From the human T2T-CHM13v2.0 reference genome, Homo sapiens, in the NCBI GenBank assembly GCA_009914755.4, contig CP068257.2:36992001-37056000 (forward strand): DNA of 64,000 nt. Reading direction: 5' to 3'. Under the pieces are notes generated by a model, which saw only the letters and a list, made by a program, of their open reading frames with translations, was not told where the DNA came from and did not search any database. Shown piece after piece: positions 23,991 to 36,945 of the stretch. The stretch's first letter is position 1, and each line of letters begins with the position of its first letter. The position numbers and the translations under genes were made by a program.

Positions 23991-25180
23991 TCATTAAAAA
24001 AATGGTCTACAAGCATATGAAAAGATGCTCAATGTCACTAATCATCAGAAAAATGCAGATTGAAAACACAAAGAGATGTCACCTCACACCCATTAGGATG
24101 AACACTATAATTTTTTAAAAATTAAAAACAAGTGTTGGTCAGGATGTAGAGGAGGTAGAACCCTTATGCACTGTTGATGGGTGATAGGGTTTGGATCTGT
24201 GTCTCCACCCAAGTCTCACCTTGAATTGTAATAATCCCCACGTGTTGTGGAGGGACCCAGTGGGAGGTAATTGAATCATGAGAGCAGGTCTTTCCTGTGT
24301 TGTTCTCGTGATAGTGAATAAGTCTCACGAGATTTGATAGTTTTATAAAGGGGAGTTCCCCTGCACATGCTCTCTCTCTCTCGCCTGCTGCCATGTAAGA
24401 TGTGACTTTCCTCCTCCTTTGCCTTCCACCATGATTGTGAGGCCTCCCCAGCCATGTGGAACCATGAGTCAATTAAACCTCTTTCCTTTATAAATTACCC
24501 AGTCTTGAGTATGTCTTTATTGGCAGCATAAAAACAGACTAATACAGTGGGATTGTAAAATGGTGTAGCCCCTCTGGAAAACAGTATGGAGGGTCCTCAA
24601 AAATTAAAACCAGAAATGCTGTGTGGTCCAGAAATCCCACTTCCGTGTCCATATATCCAAACTAACTGAGATAGATATTTGCATACCCACATTCTTGGAA
24701 GGACTAATCACAATAGCCAAGAAGTAGAAGCAACCCAAATGTCCATGGATGGATGAATAAATGAAATTTAGAATATACATACCATGGAATATTATTCAGC
24801 CTTAAAAAGTAAGAAAGTCCTGTCCCATGTTACAACATGAATGAACCTTGAGGACATTAAGCTAAGAAATAAGCCAGCCACAAAAAAAAGATAAATATGG
24901 TATGATTCTAGTTATATAATGTATCTAAGGGAGTGAAATTCATGGAAACAGAAAATAGAATGGGTTACCACAGGCTGGAGAAAGTAGGGAGAGGGGAGTT
25001 ATTGTTTGCTGAGTGTAGAGTTTCAGATTTGCAAGATGGAAAATTTCTTCAGTTTTGTTTCAGAACAATGTGAAAATACTTAACACTACTGAACTCTACA
25101 CTTAAATATGATTAAGATGGTAACTTTCATGTTATGCATTTCTTTTTACCATAATAGAAAAAAAATCATTTAAAAAGTGA
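23990..25180 (+). mobile_element. L1M-type 3' portion, split in two by the THE1 LTR at 24181-24546
   Basis: Upstream part: '...gatgctcaatgtcactaatcatcagaaaaatgcagattgaaaacacaaagagatgtcacctcacacccattaggatgaacactat...caagtgttggtcaggatgtagaggaggtagaacccttatgcactgttgatgg' matches L1 ORF2 ('...atgctcatcatcactggtcatcagagaaatgcaaatcaaaaccacaatgagataccatctcac...acaacaggtgctggagaggatgtggagaaataggaacacttttacactgttggtggg'). The continuation resumes right after the LTR ('gattgtaaaatggtgtagcccctctggaaaacagtatggagggtcctcaaaaattaaaaccagaaatgctgtgtggtcc...'). Confidence 0.75.
24181..24546 (+). mobile_element. Solitary THE1-type MaLR LTR inserted into the L1 above
   Basis: 'gtgatagggtttggatctgtgtctccacccaagtctcaccttgaattgtaataatccccacgtgttgtggagggacccagtgggaggtaattgaatcatgagagcaggtctttcctgtgttgttctcgtgatagtgaataagtctcacgagatttgatagttttataaaggggagttcccctgcaca...cctccccagccatgtggaaccatgagtcaattaaacctctttcctttataaattacccagtcttgagtatgtctttattggcagcataaaaacagactaatacag' is a near-consensus THE1 LTR. 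Confidence 0.9.
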
Positions 25181-26899
25181 CTCTTCATAGAGCTTTTGTA
25201 TGGATTATATCAGTTCATGTGTGTAAAGCATACAACACTGGATGGCACGAGCGAGCATTTCTCAAATGTCATCGTTATCAACGAATTCACATACCCTGCT
25301 CCATGCTATATCAGCACACATGAATTATTTTATGTTTGGTTGGGTGCCTTTTTATTTGTTTGTATGGAGTTTTGTTTTCTTATTTATTTTTGCCTTCTCA
25401 ATTTTCTGTGTTTTCTGAGGCCTGTTTTAGAAGCTTTACACATCTATTTTTTAATTATTCCTTACCAGGATGAAAATAAAAAGTAGAAAATAAATGTCTG
25501 AGAAAACCATCATCTGCATCTCCTTCAATTTCATAAGATACAATTTGAAGTGCCGAATTATTTCATTTGTTTTGGGTTTTAAAGGTCCTTCTTTTTACTG
25601 AATGAGAGGGATGTAGATTGGCAGCAGTTGATATGAAAAAAAAAAAAAATCAGGTTGTTTCCAAAGGCAGTGTGATGGGCTGCCCTAAAGCTGCTGCCTC
25701 AAAAGAACCATAAGGTTCAGATCACAAAATATAATGGTCTCAGATTTCCTAGGGCCTGTTCTGTATATAATTCTCTAAGAAGAACATTGATAAAAAATAA
25801 TACGTCCACAAAAATAAAACCAATATGATAACTCTAAAATACATATTGTAGGAAATCAGGTTAAAATAAGTAGTTGTATTTTATCTGCAAAAGAGAAGTT
25901 TAAGGAAATACTGCTTTGAAATAAATGAAGATAAGTCAAATATTCATTCATTTATTCAGTTCTGAAATTATTCAGCCACTATTCACTGTAAGATTTCTAG
26001 GTACCATTCTAGGTGTTCCTAGTCCCCATTATGAGCAAAAGTCGCCACTTCACTGTGTTATTCGAGGAGGGAAAAGTAGATACGATGATGGAGGCATATT
26101 TGAGGTCGATATGAGAAAGTTCACGCTCACAAACACAGCTGTGCATAACGGGAATGGCTATTTTATGAGGGAGTAAGTTCCCTGTCCCTGGGAATATGCA
26201 GGAGGAGAAAATGTGAGCATTAAGAATGCCAAGAAGAAACTTCTAACTAGACCCCAAATATCTGGTGTAGATAACAATCAACCTCTCCTCCAACCAAAAA
26301 CTCTTCGAGTCCAGTTTTAAGGCACATCAAGTGGAGAGAACATCTGTATTCTCAGGGTGACTTCAGGACAGAATGCTAAGAAAATCTTCACTACTGACTT
26401 CCATGTTGCCTGCACGAAGACCCAATATTCCATTGTTTTTAACACAGACCTATAATGAATCTGTAACACTTATTCTATTAAAAATAGTCAGCTCCCTTTG
26501 CATGGATGCAGATTGATGATCCATTTTTAGAATCTCAATAATGATTACAATGGCACAGCATGTCACCTGGAAGGTATACTGTAGAATCCTTGCCTACAGG
26601 GTTTCACTGAAGCTTTGAAAAGAACATGAAGATAACTGCTAAAACTTGGAAGCAACCAAGGTTCCTTATATAGGTGAATGGATAAACAAAGTGTGGCACA
26701 TCAAGACAATGGAATATTATTTAGCAATGAAAGGAAATGAGCCGCCAAACCACGAAAAAACACGGAGGAATCCTGAGTGCATATTGCTAAGGGAAAAGTC
26801 AATATGAAAAGCCTACATACTATATGACTCCAACTACATGATATTCTAGAAAAGGAGACAGTAAAAAGATCAGTGGTTTCTATGGGTTAGTGAGGAGGA

Positions 26900-27120
26900 A
26901 GAGAAGGATGAATAGGGAGAGCCCGGGGCATTTTTAGGGCAGTGAAACTTTTCCATATGGTACTATCATAGTAGGATCTGTTTTTAACATAGACCCATAC
27001 TGAATCCTTTCTGAAAAATGTGAGCCTACTATAATAGTATAGCCTACTGTAATAGTAGGCTCACATTTGTCAAAACCCATAAAACATACAACACCAAGAG
27101 CAGGCCCTAATGTAAACTAT
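26900..27120 (+). mobile_element. Old L1 (L1MB/MC-like) 3'-end fragment
   Basis: 'ccatatggtactatcatagtaggatc...catttgtcaaaacccataaaacatacaacaccaagagcaggccctaatgtaaactatagactttaggtgataatgatgtgccaacctagatttatcaattgtaacaaatataacacactaaaa' resembles the old-L1 3' end ('...catttgtcaaaacccatagaatgtacaacaccaagagtgaaccctaatgtaaactatggactttgggtgataatgatgtgtcaatgtaggttcatcgattgtaacaaatgtaccactctggtg'). Confidence 0.55.
27016..27068. repeat. Perfect 17-bp inverted repeat (hairpin/cruciform candidate) with 19-nt spacer
   Basis: 'aaatgtgagcctactat' (27016-27032), then 'aatagtatagcctactgta', then 'atagtaggctcacattt' (27052-27068). The arms are exact reverse complements. The spacer itself contains a nested 'agcctact...agtaggct' palindrome. 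Confidence 0.9.
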
Positions 27121-27700
27121 AGACTTTAGGTGATAATGATGTGCCAACCTAGATTTATCAATTGTAACAAATATAACACACTAAAAAGCAAAAACAATCA
27201 AACTACTCTGAGATACCAAAAAACACCAGATATATGCATAAATAAAGAAATAGTGAGTAATTCGATAAATGAAAAAGTAACCAAGAGGAAACTTCACAGG
27301 CATGATTCCTTTAAGGAAACAAAGAAATAAGCATAATAATAATAAACTTCTAATTTCTAAAATCCAAAAACTGTTACAAAAGGATTCAATGTGATATTTT
27401 TAAAGCACAATTATTGAGCATAAAATACAATCTGGAAGGCATATAACTTTGCAATAACCTTTTCTGTGTTTAGGTAAGGTTGACTGCAGAGTTGAGAGCT
27501 GGGCCATTGACATTTGAGGTCATGGTGGCAGCAGTCCGCCACTATTACCACCTATGTCCAAACATAGCTGACCCTAGCATGACTCAGGTTGAATAATATT
27601 CAGGAAATGAGGCCTTGGGCTAGGGTCCCAGCTCTTGCAATCACTAGTTCCACAATTTGGGGGAGGTGATTCTTCTAGGTCTCTATTTTCCCATACAAGA

Positions 27701-28074
27701 TGATATGGTTTGGCTGTGTCCCCATCCAAATCTCATATTGAATTGTAGTTCCCATAATCTCCATGTGTCATGGGAGGGACCAGGGCAGGTAACTGAATCA
27801 TGGGGGTGGTACCCTCTTGCTGTTCTCAAGATAGTGAGTGAGTTCTCATGAGATCTAATGATTTTATCTGGGGCTTTTCCCCCTATTGATCAGCATTTCT
27901 CCTTCCTGCTGCCATGTGAAGAAGGACATGTTTGCTTCCCCTTCTGCCATGATTGAAAGTTTCCTGAGGCCTCCCCAGCCATGTTGGAACTGTGAGTCAA
28001 TTAAACGTCTTTCCTTCATAAATTACCCATTCTCAGTTATGTACTTATAGGAGCCTAAGAATGAACTAATACAC
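27701..28074 (+). mobile_element. Solitary MST-type MaLR LTR
   Basis: 'tgatatggtttggctgtgtccccatccaaatctcatattgaattgtagttcccataatctccatgtgtcatgggagggaccagggcaggtaactgaatcatgggggtggtaccctcttgctgttctcaagatagtgagtgagttctcatgagatctaatgattttat...cctccccagccatgttggaactgtgagtcaattaaacgtctttccttcataaattacccattctcagttatgtacttataggagcctaagaatgaactaatacac'. The MST-like '...gtgaagaaggacatgtttgcttcccc' segment is present. Confidence 0.85.
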
Positions 28075-28955
28075 AATAAATGCACAGAAGAGGTCAGCTA
28101 GCAGTTTTCACACCCGTCTCCAGGAGAAGAGAAGCTAGGAGGAGCAGGAGGGCAAGGAGGGTCCGGCTCCCACCAAAAGAGTTCACCCTCTGGGGGAAGG
28201 GCTACTTATTGGGCTTTTATGCAAAATTTTATTTGAACAAAGAATTCCTCAGCTTTAAAAATAGTGGCATCTGGTTCCTTTTCCCTGAAGGTATTTACTC
28301 AAGCCAAGGAATGAAGCACCTGTGGGTGAAGAGCAGATGAAAGCTGGAACTATAAAAGCCGGAGGGAAGCTTTTTCTCATTTCTAAGGAGATTATCAGGA
28401 AGAATGTACTCTGGCCCCTGGAAACCCATCCAACCTCTCCTCTCCCACCTGGGCTGGCTGCAGCAGCTCTGCAGGATGTCACCCAAAAAGCTCCGTTCCC
28501 AACCCTGCGGCCCACAGCCTGACAGGAAAAAGAACTCTCTCAACCTGGATTCCGGGGCCCTGTACTCTAATAGAGGGCTGGACACTGCCTGGCTGTCCCC
28601 CTGCTTAGAAGGAAGCAAATGTTTATTCAAAAATATTTATTAGGTAATACAACAAACTGTCAAAAAGGAAGAGGCGAACACTGTTACAGTTTACAAACAT
28701 GAACCATGGATTCTTAACAAATGGGAGACTTTAAATGGGGATGGAAATAAAGCCCCAAGGAGGGGAAAGATGTTGTGGAAATGCTGCCCAGTGGGAGGCA
28801 GGCTTGGAACCGCACGCTGGTCTGGCTGGTGATAATCTAGTCTAGATGAAGATCTGGACAGCATCCTTCTGCTCAGCCACTAGCCTCTCTTTGCTTTCTA
28901 GTCAGTGTAAAAAGCATCTCAAAACCATTGCTTTCCCAGACTTCAGTCTCCTGAA

Positions 28956-28973
28956 ATGTGTGTGTGTGTGTGC
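28956..28973. repeat. (GT)8 microsatellite
   Basis: Direct read: 'tgtgtgtgtgtgtgtgtgc'. Confidence 0.9.
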
Positions 28974-29571
28974 ATCCCATATGTGTGTCATTTTGTGTTT
29001 CTGCCAGCCTTTCTGTTGAAACTTGCCAGAGAAAATGACCCACCTGCGAATTGGCAAACGGAACCTGACTGAATAAAAACTCCTTGATTCAGAGCTTAAG
29101 AAACAATCCAGTGGATTTCTTACTAATCTGGGTGTTCAAAATAGTCTTTCTACTTACTTGGGCTCAATATTTTGGAAGCTATTGTGGTGAAATGAGTGAT
29201 CACGTTGGAATTAGACACTGTACTACTAATTGTGTGTCCTTGGAAAGTTACCTAACATTTCTGAGCTTCCATTTCCTCAACATAAAATGAGGATAAAAAT
29301 GTCCATCATGCAAGATTGTCCTGACAACTGTGCTACTGTCTACAGGATCCTAAGAAAGAGCAACTAAAATTATGTTAATGTTATTAATTATAATTTTAAT
29401 CATCAATACTGTTAATAATAATAAAAGACTTTAAAATAATTTCCTCGTTTTTAACTTACTGTAATATCAACTGTCTGTGGTAGCCTGTTCACTTGCTTTG
29501 TCCTTAGTCTTGTGATCCATGTCTTTTTCTTATCTGTTAGTTTTATGCTGTCTCTTCACAAGTTCTTTTTC

Positions 29572-29628
29572 TGCGTGTGTGTGTGTGTGTGTGTACACAT
29601 GTGTATGTATGCAAGTGTGTGTTCCAAC
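29572..29628. repeat. (GT)11-containing GT-rich microsatellite
   Basis: Direct read: 'tgcgtgtgtgtgtgtgtgtgtgtgtacacatgtgtatgtatgcaagtgtgtgt'. Confidence 0.9.
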
Positions 29629-31877
29629 AGGGGTTCCCACTTGCCCATTAGAAGTTTATGCTGGGGTCTAGATAATAAAAGTAAGAAATCCAGGACTACA
29701 CAAATGTTAACTGAGTGGATTGAAGAGCAAGAGAGTTCTCATCACAGCCAAACCTATGAGCACAATGCATTGGGCATATCAGAGAAAACGAAGATCTAAG
29801 GTAAGGTGTGAAACACAGCACATGCAACTCGAAATGCTGAGGGGAAGATCTGGTAGGGGGGCCTGGTTTGTGAAACTCCTCCGATCTGGGTGCGCCAGTC
29901 CGGGTGCAATGTCCAGCTCAGCCACTTGTCCCCATGGGACCTTGAGCAAGTCACTCCATGATTCCATGCCTCAGGTTCCTGCTCTGTGAGTTGGGAATAA
30001 CAGAGCCCCTCCCAGTGGGTTGTTGTGAGGATTTGGGGAGTTAATCCAGGTAAAGCCCAGCACAGTCGGCATTCTATAAGCGTGAGCTTCATCATGATCA
30101 TCTTATCACTTTGCGTGCATCTGGCCCTCCTCACTTACAACTACTGCACCCCGTGGTAGAATGCAGCACTCATCCAACAAGACTTGCAACTCACTTCATC
30201 TCTAAAATGTAACAGGTCCAGGTAAAAAAGGGCAGATTGAACTTGTGGGCTTACCTCTAGAATAATATCACTAAAAGTAGAAATTCAAATGGACAAAGGG
30301 AAGAAAGAAGAGACAACAGCCTGTGGAAGATGTTTGCAAAATTTGGAAGATGGAAAGCAAATAAGAGAATGGCAGTTGATGAGTGAGGGGACCTCCCTGC
30401 CAGAGGATGGGGGGAGTCAGTAAAGGGAAAGGCAATTTGCAACATACGACCCTGAGAGCTTTGGAAATTTGAGGTCACTCAGAGGGTGGGAGCAGGGCAA
30501 GGAATGGGGCTGAAAACATGAGAGTGTATGAGTGTTGGAGAAAGGGGAAATTCAAGTGCTCCCTCCTCCTCCCACATCCCCTTTCTGATCCCCTGCAGCC
30601 AGGTAACCATCCTGTGCCTAGCAGGTAATTTAGGGTTCCTCTCCAGAGAGAAATCAGGGACTCCAGGCTCTGCAGAGTGAGGGAATGAGGCAACATACTG
30701 AAAAGGGGGACCAAGTGAATGGCAAGGTACCTCCCCCAGGATCTTCCCTCTACTTCACCCTCAGAACCCTGCAGCCAGGATCTAACAACCCCACCCTCAT
30801 TCCACCACCCTTTCCACAGCTGACAACAGCAGTATTCTCCCCCAGGAGATGCTGACCAACCCAAGAGAAAGAGCTACTTAGACAGTCACTTATGGGTCCC
30901 CAATGACATAGTCAGGTGCTGATACCCATCACGGCACACACCCCCAGCCAACAAGCCCCACCTGGGCACACAGTTTCCTAGTGAATTATTCTGAATTATT
31001 TCCTAGTGAAGAGCATCCAAGGTCCACCAGACACTTGTGAAAAACTTCCAAGCATTAGAAATGATGACCAAAATCTAACAATCACGAAGAAAAAATGTGG
31101 AGCAAAAAGAGATGTTTTAACTTTAAAAAAAAAAACTATCATTAAGATCCTAAAGATAAGAACAAATAATACAGCCATTAAAAAAACAGTTAAAGATGCC
31201 TTGAATAAAAAGGATCAGAGAGGAGGTTCAACATCTAAATAACAAGAGTTCCAAGAAGAGAAAACATTTAAAAATGGAAGAGAAAATTCTCAAAGAAATC
31301 ATACAGAAAAATTTCCCACAACTGAAGAGGCCCACTGAGTACCCCACATAATAAAAGGAAGAAGACCCTAAACAAGGCACATCTCTGTGACATTTCAGGA
31401 CACTGAGATGAAAGAGAAAAACCTAAAACATTCAGAGAAGAGAAATGGGAACCAGGATGGCATCCCAAGCTTCTTGATAACAACAATAAGAGCTGGTAGT
31501 CTATGAAGCATCACTTTCACTTTCCAAATCGTGAGGGAAATGTTTCTTAAAGGGAATCAAAGGCCCAGCCAAGCCATCAATGTGAAGAACTACACCAACC
31601 ATGAGGCTGACAGGATAACCTGGAGACAGGGGACCCAGCATGAAAACCAACAGAATCCTAGGGTGCCAGAGGGCAGAGATGCCAGGACAGCCACGCCTGG
31701 AAACAGCCGGTTCCATCTGTGAGCACAGGGCTCCTTAAAGCACCCTCCCCCACAACAAAACAATAAAAACCCTGAGAGATGACCAAATTCATTCTAACAC
31801 ACTGAAAAGAGGAACTGGTTCTGCCAAGGAGTTTAAGGGAGTCTTATTGTAAGTACTTAGAAAAACCAAGGCAATAA

Positions 31878-31958
31878 AAAAATCATTGAAAATCAATGAA
31901 AAATCAATTGAAAATCATTGAAAATCAATGAAAAATCAATTGAAAATCAATGAAAAGT
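31878..31958. repeat. AT-rich tandem repeat: 'gaaaatca(t/a)t' sub-units arranged as two copies of a 31-bp unit
   Basis: Direct read: 'atcattgaaaatcaatgaaaaatcaattgaaaatcattgaaaatcaatgaaaaatcaattgaaaatcaatgaaaag'. Confidence 0.85.
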
Positions 31959-32164
31959 TATTGTTTTTGAAAAAATCGAACATTACAGCACACTATATGA
32001 CTCAGTTCTAAGTAACATTTACATAGTTATAATAATGTTACAAATGCATATCAACTTAACCAACATTATGATTTACCTACATTGGAAGGATGGAGAAACA
32101 GGAGATGGGGGAAGGGGGCATGAGCTAAATTCTCATCTACCTTAGGAGAAAATTGATAATGTCT

Positions 32165-32522
32165 GATATGGTTTGCCTGTGTCTCCACCCAAATCTCATC
32201 TTAAATTGTAGCTCCCGTAACTTCAACGTGTTGTGGGAGGGAGCCGGTGGGAGATGATTGAGTCATGGGGTGGTGTCTCCCACACTGTTCTTGTGGCAGT
32301 GAATAAGTCTCACAAGATCTGATGGTTTTATGAGGGGAAACCCCTTTCACTTGGCTCTGATCTGTCTTGCCTGCCGCCATGTAAGATGTGCCTTTCACCT
32401 TCTGCCATGATTGTGAGGCCTCCCCAGCCACGTGGAACTGTGAGTCCACTAAGCCTCTTTTTCTTTATAAACTACCCAGTCTCAGGTACGTCTTTATCAG
32501 CGGCGTGAAAATGGACTAATAC
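32165..32522 (+). mobile_element. Solitary THE1-type MaLR LTR
   Basis: 'tgatatggtttgcctgtgtctccacccaaatctcatcttaaattgtagctcccgtaacttcaacgtgttgtgggagggagccggtgggagatgattgagtcatggggtggtgtctcccacactgttcttgtggcagtgaataagtctcacaagatctgatggttttatgaggggaaacccc...cctccccagccacgtggaactgtgagtccactaagcctctttttctttataaactacccagtctcaggtacgtctttatcagcggcgtgaaaatggactaatacaa'. Confidence 0.9.
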
Positions 32523-35500
32523 AAAGTCCAAATGAAAAGCTCATGAAAACGCAGTGATGTATCAACAAGGAGGTAAATGACAGAAGAAACAGCTAAGAGG
32601 ACAGCAGTTACCTCTAGGAAAGGGGGCTCTCTGGGAAAATGGAAGGCAGAGAACTGCTATTTTTCATTATAAGCGCAGAAATACTATTTGACTTTTACAA
32701 CTATGTATTAGCATGAGAAATATAACAACTAGAATAGAACAGTGATAAAACATGTAGAAAATTTCACAGTGAATAAACTAACGCATACATAGATAGGCAA
32801 CCGTTTTCTGAGAGTCAGTTGTGAACCCAGAAAAGGCATAAAATCCAGTTCTTCAGAGCCATCCCATGCTCATTGCATGTACCACCAGTTTGTTTCCTCC
32901 CAAAATTCACATGTTGAAATCCTAACCCTCAAGGTAATGGCATTAGGAGCTGGGGGGCCTTTGGGAGGTGATTAGGTGTTGAGGATGGACCCTTCATGAA
33001 TGGGATCAATGCCCTTATAAAAGGGACCAGAGAGAGCTCCCTTCACCCCTTCTACCATGTGAGGACACAGCAAGAAGATGCCATCTATGAACCAGAAAAT
33101 GGGCCCTCAACAGACAACAAACCTGCCAGTGCCTTGACATTGAACTTCCCAGCCTCCAGAACTATGTGAAATAAAGTCTTGTTTATGACCATCCAGTGTA
33201 CAGTATTTTGTTATAGCAGCCTGAATGAACCAAGACACTCATCATCAGGGCTGTTGCATCTGCCCCTTCCCACCACAGTCTCACTAAAGCAACCGGAAAG
33301 AGGCACCAAATACGTCCCCCTTTGTTATGTTAGTAACACAGTCATGTTATAATACAAAATAAACTAAGCAATGTCAAACAGATCAACATAATTATTTAGT
33401 ATGACATAAACCTCTTCCAAATGCACATGCAAATTTTTTCATTATTTACCTTTTAAAAGCCTTAAAGCTTAAAGTGAAAATTAGTGTGAAAAAAAAAACA
33501 AATTTCTGAAAGGTAATTTGTCAGTCTATATCAAAAGATTAAAGATACATATCTTTCATCACACAATTCCACTTTCAAGAGCGTATCTCAGTCTGATAAA
33601 CTACAGCATGGTTTGAAACAGTAATTTTCATCTTGGAGGCATGTGAGAATACTGATTCCTGGGCCCCACCCCAAGACAGCCTGATTCAATTGGCCTGGGA
33701 TAGGACTTGGGCATCTGCATTCTGCACTCAAGATTGGGAATTCCTGGTTTATAATATAGAAAACTAGAAACAGCCTGAATACTCAACAGAAGAGGACTAG
33801 GTAGATAAATTTATAATGACAGAGACATACGATGGAATACTAGACAGTTTAAAAGTAATGTGGCATTAAAAATATCATTAAGCATACCTATGAACATGGG
33901 CAGATACTTCTAATGTGCTGGTAAGTGAACAAAACAGGTGCCAGCACATATATATAAAAGTGTATATATAATATGATCCCCTTTGGGGAAAAACATGTGT
34001 ATAAGAGAGAAATTCCACTATCTGGAATGAAATGCATTACTTTTCAATAGCCATTATGTCTGAGTGCAGAAAGATTTAATTTAAATACTTTTGTTCATCT
34101 GTATGCTCACGGTAAACAAAGTATTATTGACACCATCTTCTAAAGTTCAAAAATGCTGTTATATATCACTTGTAAGTTTTAAACATTTTAGTACTGTTCA
34201 TATAGATTTCACCTCACACCCCACCCTGCCCCAGCCAATAAATCCATATACACAGACCCACTCAAACTCTCACCTGCAGATTTTCAGAGCACACTACATC
34301 CTGCCAAGTCTCCAGCGTGAAGAACAACTTTTGCATAGGTTTCATCTTTCCTTTGTATTAATAGGTAACAAAGTCTGGCTGCCTCAAACTCAGAACATCC
34401 TTGCAACACTGTTACACCCACTGATCTTCCAAGTTCACCTTCACAAATGTGCAAGGGATGAGGGGGACAAAGACCAAGTCACCAGCACCACTCCTGATCC
34501 CCCAGATTCCAGCCCAGGTAAACCATTCAGCATCATTGGTCAAAGGTATTGGGTCACTGAAGGAGGAGAGGGGTAGAAACAAGGCATTGATTCAAATACT
34601 TCCAAAATATGTATGTGTTTTCCCAAGCAGCTGTTACTCCCCAGCTTGAGGAAAGTGCTGAGTTACAGATGATGGAGTATGAAACACTGAGAGAGGGCAC
34701 ACCCTGTGCCTTCGCAGCAAGAATGGCAGAGCTACAGTGGCTTTGGTGTTTTACTTCACCCACTTTTATGCCTACTCTTTTCTTAGCGCCCCCTTCCCTT
34801 ACTCATTGCATCAAAGTGATCCACTGAAAAGAATTAAGTCAACTGCAGAGTTCCAGATAGCTATCCTCAGGAGTTTTAAAACTTAAGATGAAAGCAGTCA
34901 GGGAATTAAGACTAAATCCCGAATATGTAAGAAAAGGGCTTTCCCACGTGGCACAATACACGTACTGTCTGCTTCACAGGTCCAGCCTGGTAGCAATCAG
35001 GCAGGATACCAGAGCACGCAGGAAATCCAAAATTAGGTTTTACTACCTATAATGGAAGATTTACGGGATGGTTTAATTGGTAGTCTCAGGACTAAAACCT
35101 GAAGCAGGGGAACAAAAACGTCTTTCTGGACACAGCCAGTGAGCCCACGTGCACCCCATGACACTCGCTCATAGGACACACAGGCCCGAGGCTGCAGGGG
35201 ACAGAGTAAGGTCACAACTCCTCCTTCTCCCAACCTTGATGCACACCAAAGCCAACAACATGCTATTTCCTGTTCCTTTTATTTAAGAGGCAAATTTGTT
35301 TCTTGTGGTAGAATGGGTCTTCAAGCTACACACACAAACTCAGGTGTTCCGCAAAACAAAAGAACTCATTCAATTCAGTCCTCCCCTGTATTTCCAAACC
35401 ACAGGGGCAACACTCACAAGCTGCAAAGAGGATTCCGCCCCACCGGGAATGCATCGGTCTGCACCTGTCTGTTGCCATTTTCAGGGTTAGCAGGGCCACT

Positions 35501-36651
35501 GGAAAATTTCCTCAGTACCATTTTGGGTCAATGTAAAGGATAATTGAAGTGCATGTTTCTGTAAATTCCACGTGCTCAGAGAGATTTCAAGTAAACACAG
35601 GAAAATAAGAACTGTGGGCTTGAGCCATATGTTGGCAGGCCACGTGGGGCAGGAAGAACACACACTGTCCAGGCAGTGAGTAACTGAAAACCAAGTGCCC
35701 ACAGACACCATCCACTGCCAGAACTTGGGAAGCTGGGGTCCCAAGGGACAGTCCCCTCTGCTCACCCTCTCCCCTCCTTTCTTTCTCACCCTCTCAACAA
35801 ACTTTAGTGGAGTTGGCTTTTTTTCCTAGAGGCCTTCATAGCCACTTTTTCCCCTCTCCAGGTGGTAGCCTGGGACCTACTGTGCAGAAGGACACACAGG
35901 TCTGAATTGAGGTCAAGCCAGGAAGAGGAAGAAGTGCAGAGCAGGGCAGCCACTGGCTTCTGAAATCCAATGGAAGAGGCGGCACCATTTAGTAGCATGA
36001 CATTCTGTCTGCAAACCACCATGATGATATTGTTACTAAGTAGAAGAATCCCTTTTAAAAGAACTTTCGATATATTATAACATACTATAACAAGATGGGA
36101 AGACATTTTTCCTTTTAATAAATTGATTTTCGTAAAGGAGATTTCAACTTTCCAGTGATGGACACTTTTCCTGGCTTCCACTTGTTTTCTGAAGGTTTCC
36201 ATTTGGGTGTGATTTCTTAGCAAACAAGAGCCTTCCCAAACATTGCCTGCAGACATCTTGGTCTGTAGAAACACCTTATAAGGAGATCAACGTATAACAC
36301 AGTCTTTTTCTACCTAGAGAATTAGCAAAGGGTGAAATTTGGTATGACAGGGGTCTTCCCTGGATTCCTTTCAATGTAGTCCAAGGAAGAACTAACTTAG
36401 GCTGAATTCTATTAAGACAAGGTTATCACAATATTTACAAGATTATTTATCAGGATTATATCAATTAAATATTTTGGGGGAAAAAATTGCCATACAAAAA
36501 TCATATTAAAATTGAGCCAAGCAGTGAAACAACTCTGAAATGGCCTAGAAATAACATGTATTTGATATTCACTTTTTCTGAATACAGATGTGATCTTCAT
36601 GCCATCATTGACCCCAGGTGGTAAGGATCATTAATGTTTCTAGAATCCTAC

Positions 36652-36945
36652 ACTGGGCAGCTGATGCCTGTAATCCTAGCATTTTGAGGGGCCAAGGAGG
36701 GAGCATTTCTTGAGCCCAGGAGTTAGAGAGCAGCCTGGGCAACACAGCGAGACCCCATCTCTACAAAAATATTTTAAAACTTAGCCGGGCATGGCAGCAT
36801 GCACTTGTAGTCCCAGCTACTTGGGAGGCTGATGTGGGAGGATCATTTGAGTGTGGGAGATGGAGGCTGCAGTGAGCTGTGGTCACACCACTACACTCCA
36901 GCCTCAGTGACAGAATGAGACTCTGTCTCAGAAAAAAATAAACGA
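36652..36945 (+). mobile_element. Alu SINE (older, AluJ-like), plus orientation
   Basis: 'ggcagctgatgcctgtaatcctagcattttgaggggccaaggagggagcatttcttgagcccaggagttagagagcagcctgggcaacacagcgagaccccatctctacaaaaa...gcctcagtgacagaatgagactctgtctcagaaaaaaataaa'. Confidence 0.9.

Noticed and set aside
28080-28640. Overlapping ORFs 28080..28340+, 28255..28515-, 28295..28630-, 28322..28522+, 28404..28643+ that could suggest an exon
   Set aside because: They are mutually overlapping on both strands in moderately GC-rich sequence that follows directly after an MST LTR and looks LTR/repeat-like itself ('tataaaagccggagggaagc'). There are no consistent splice signals.
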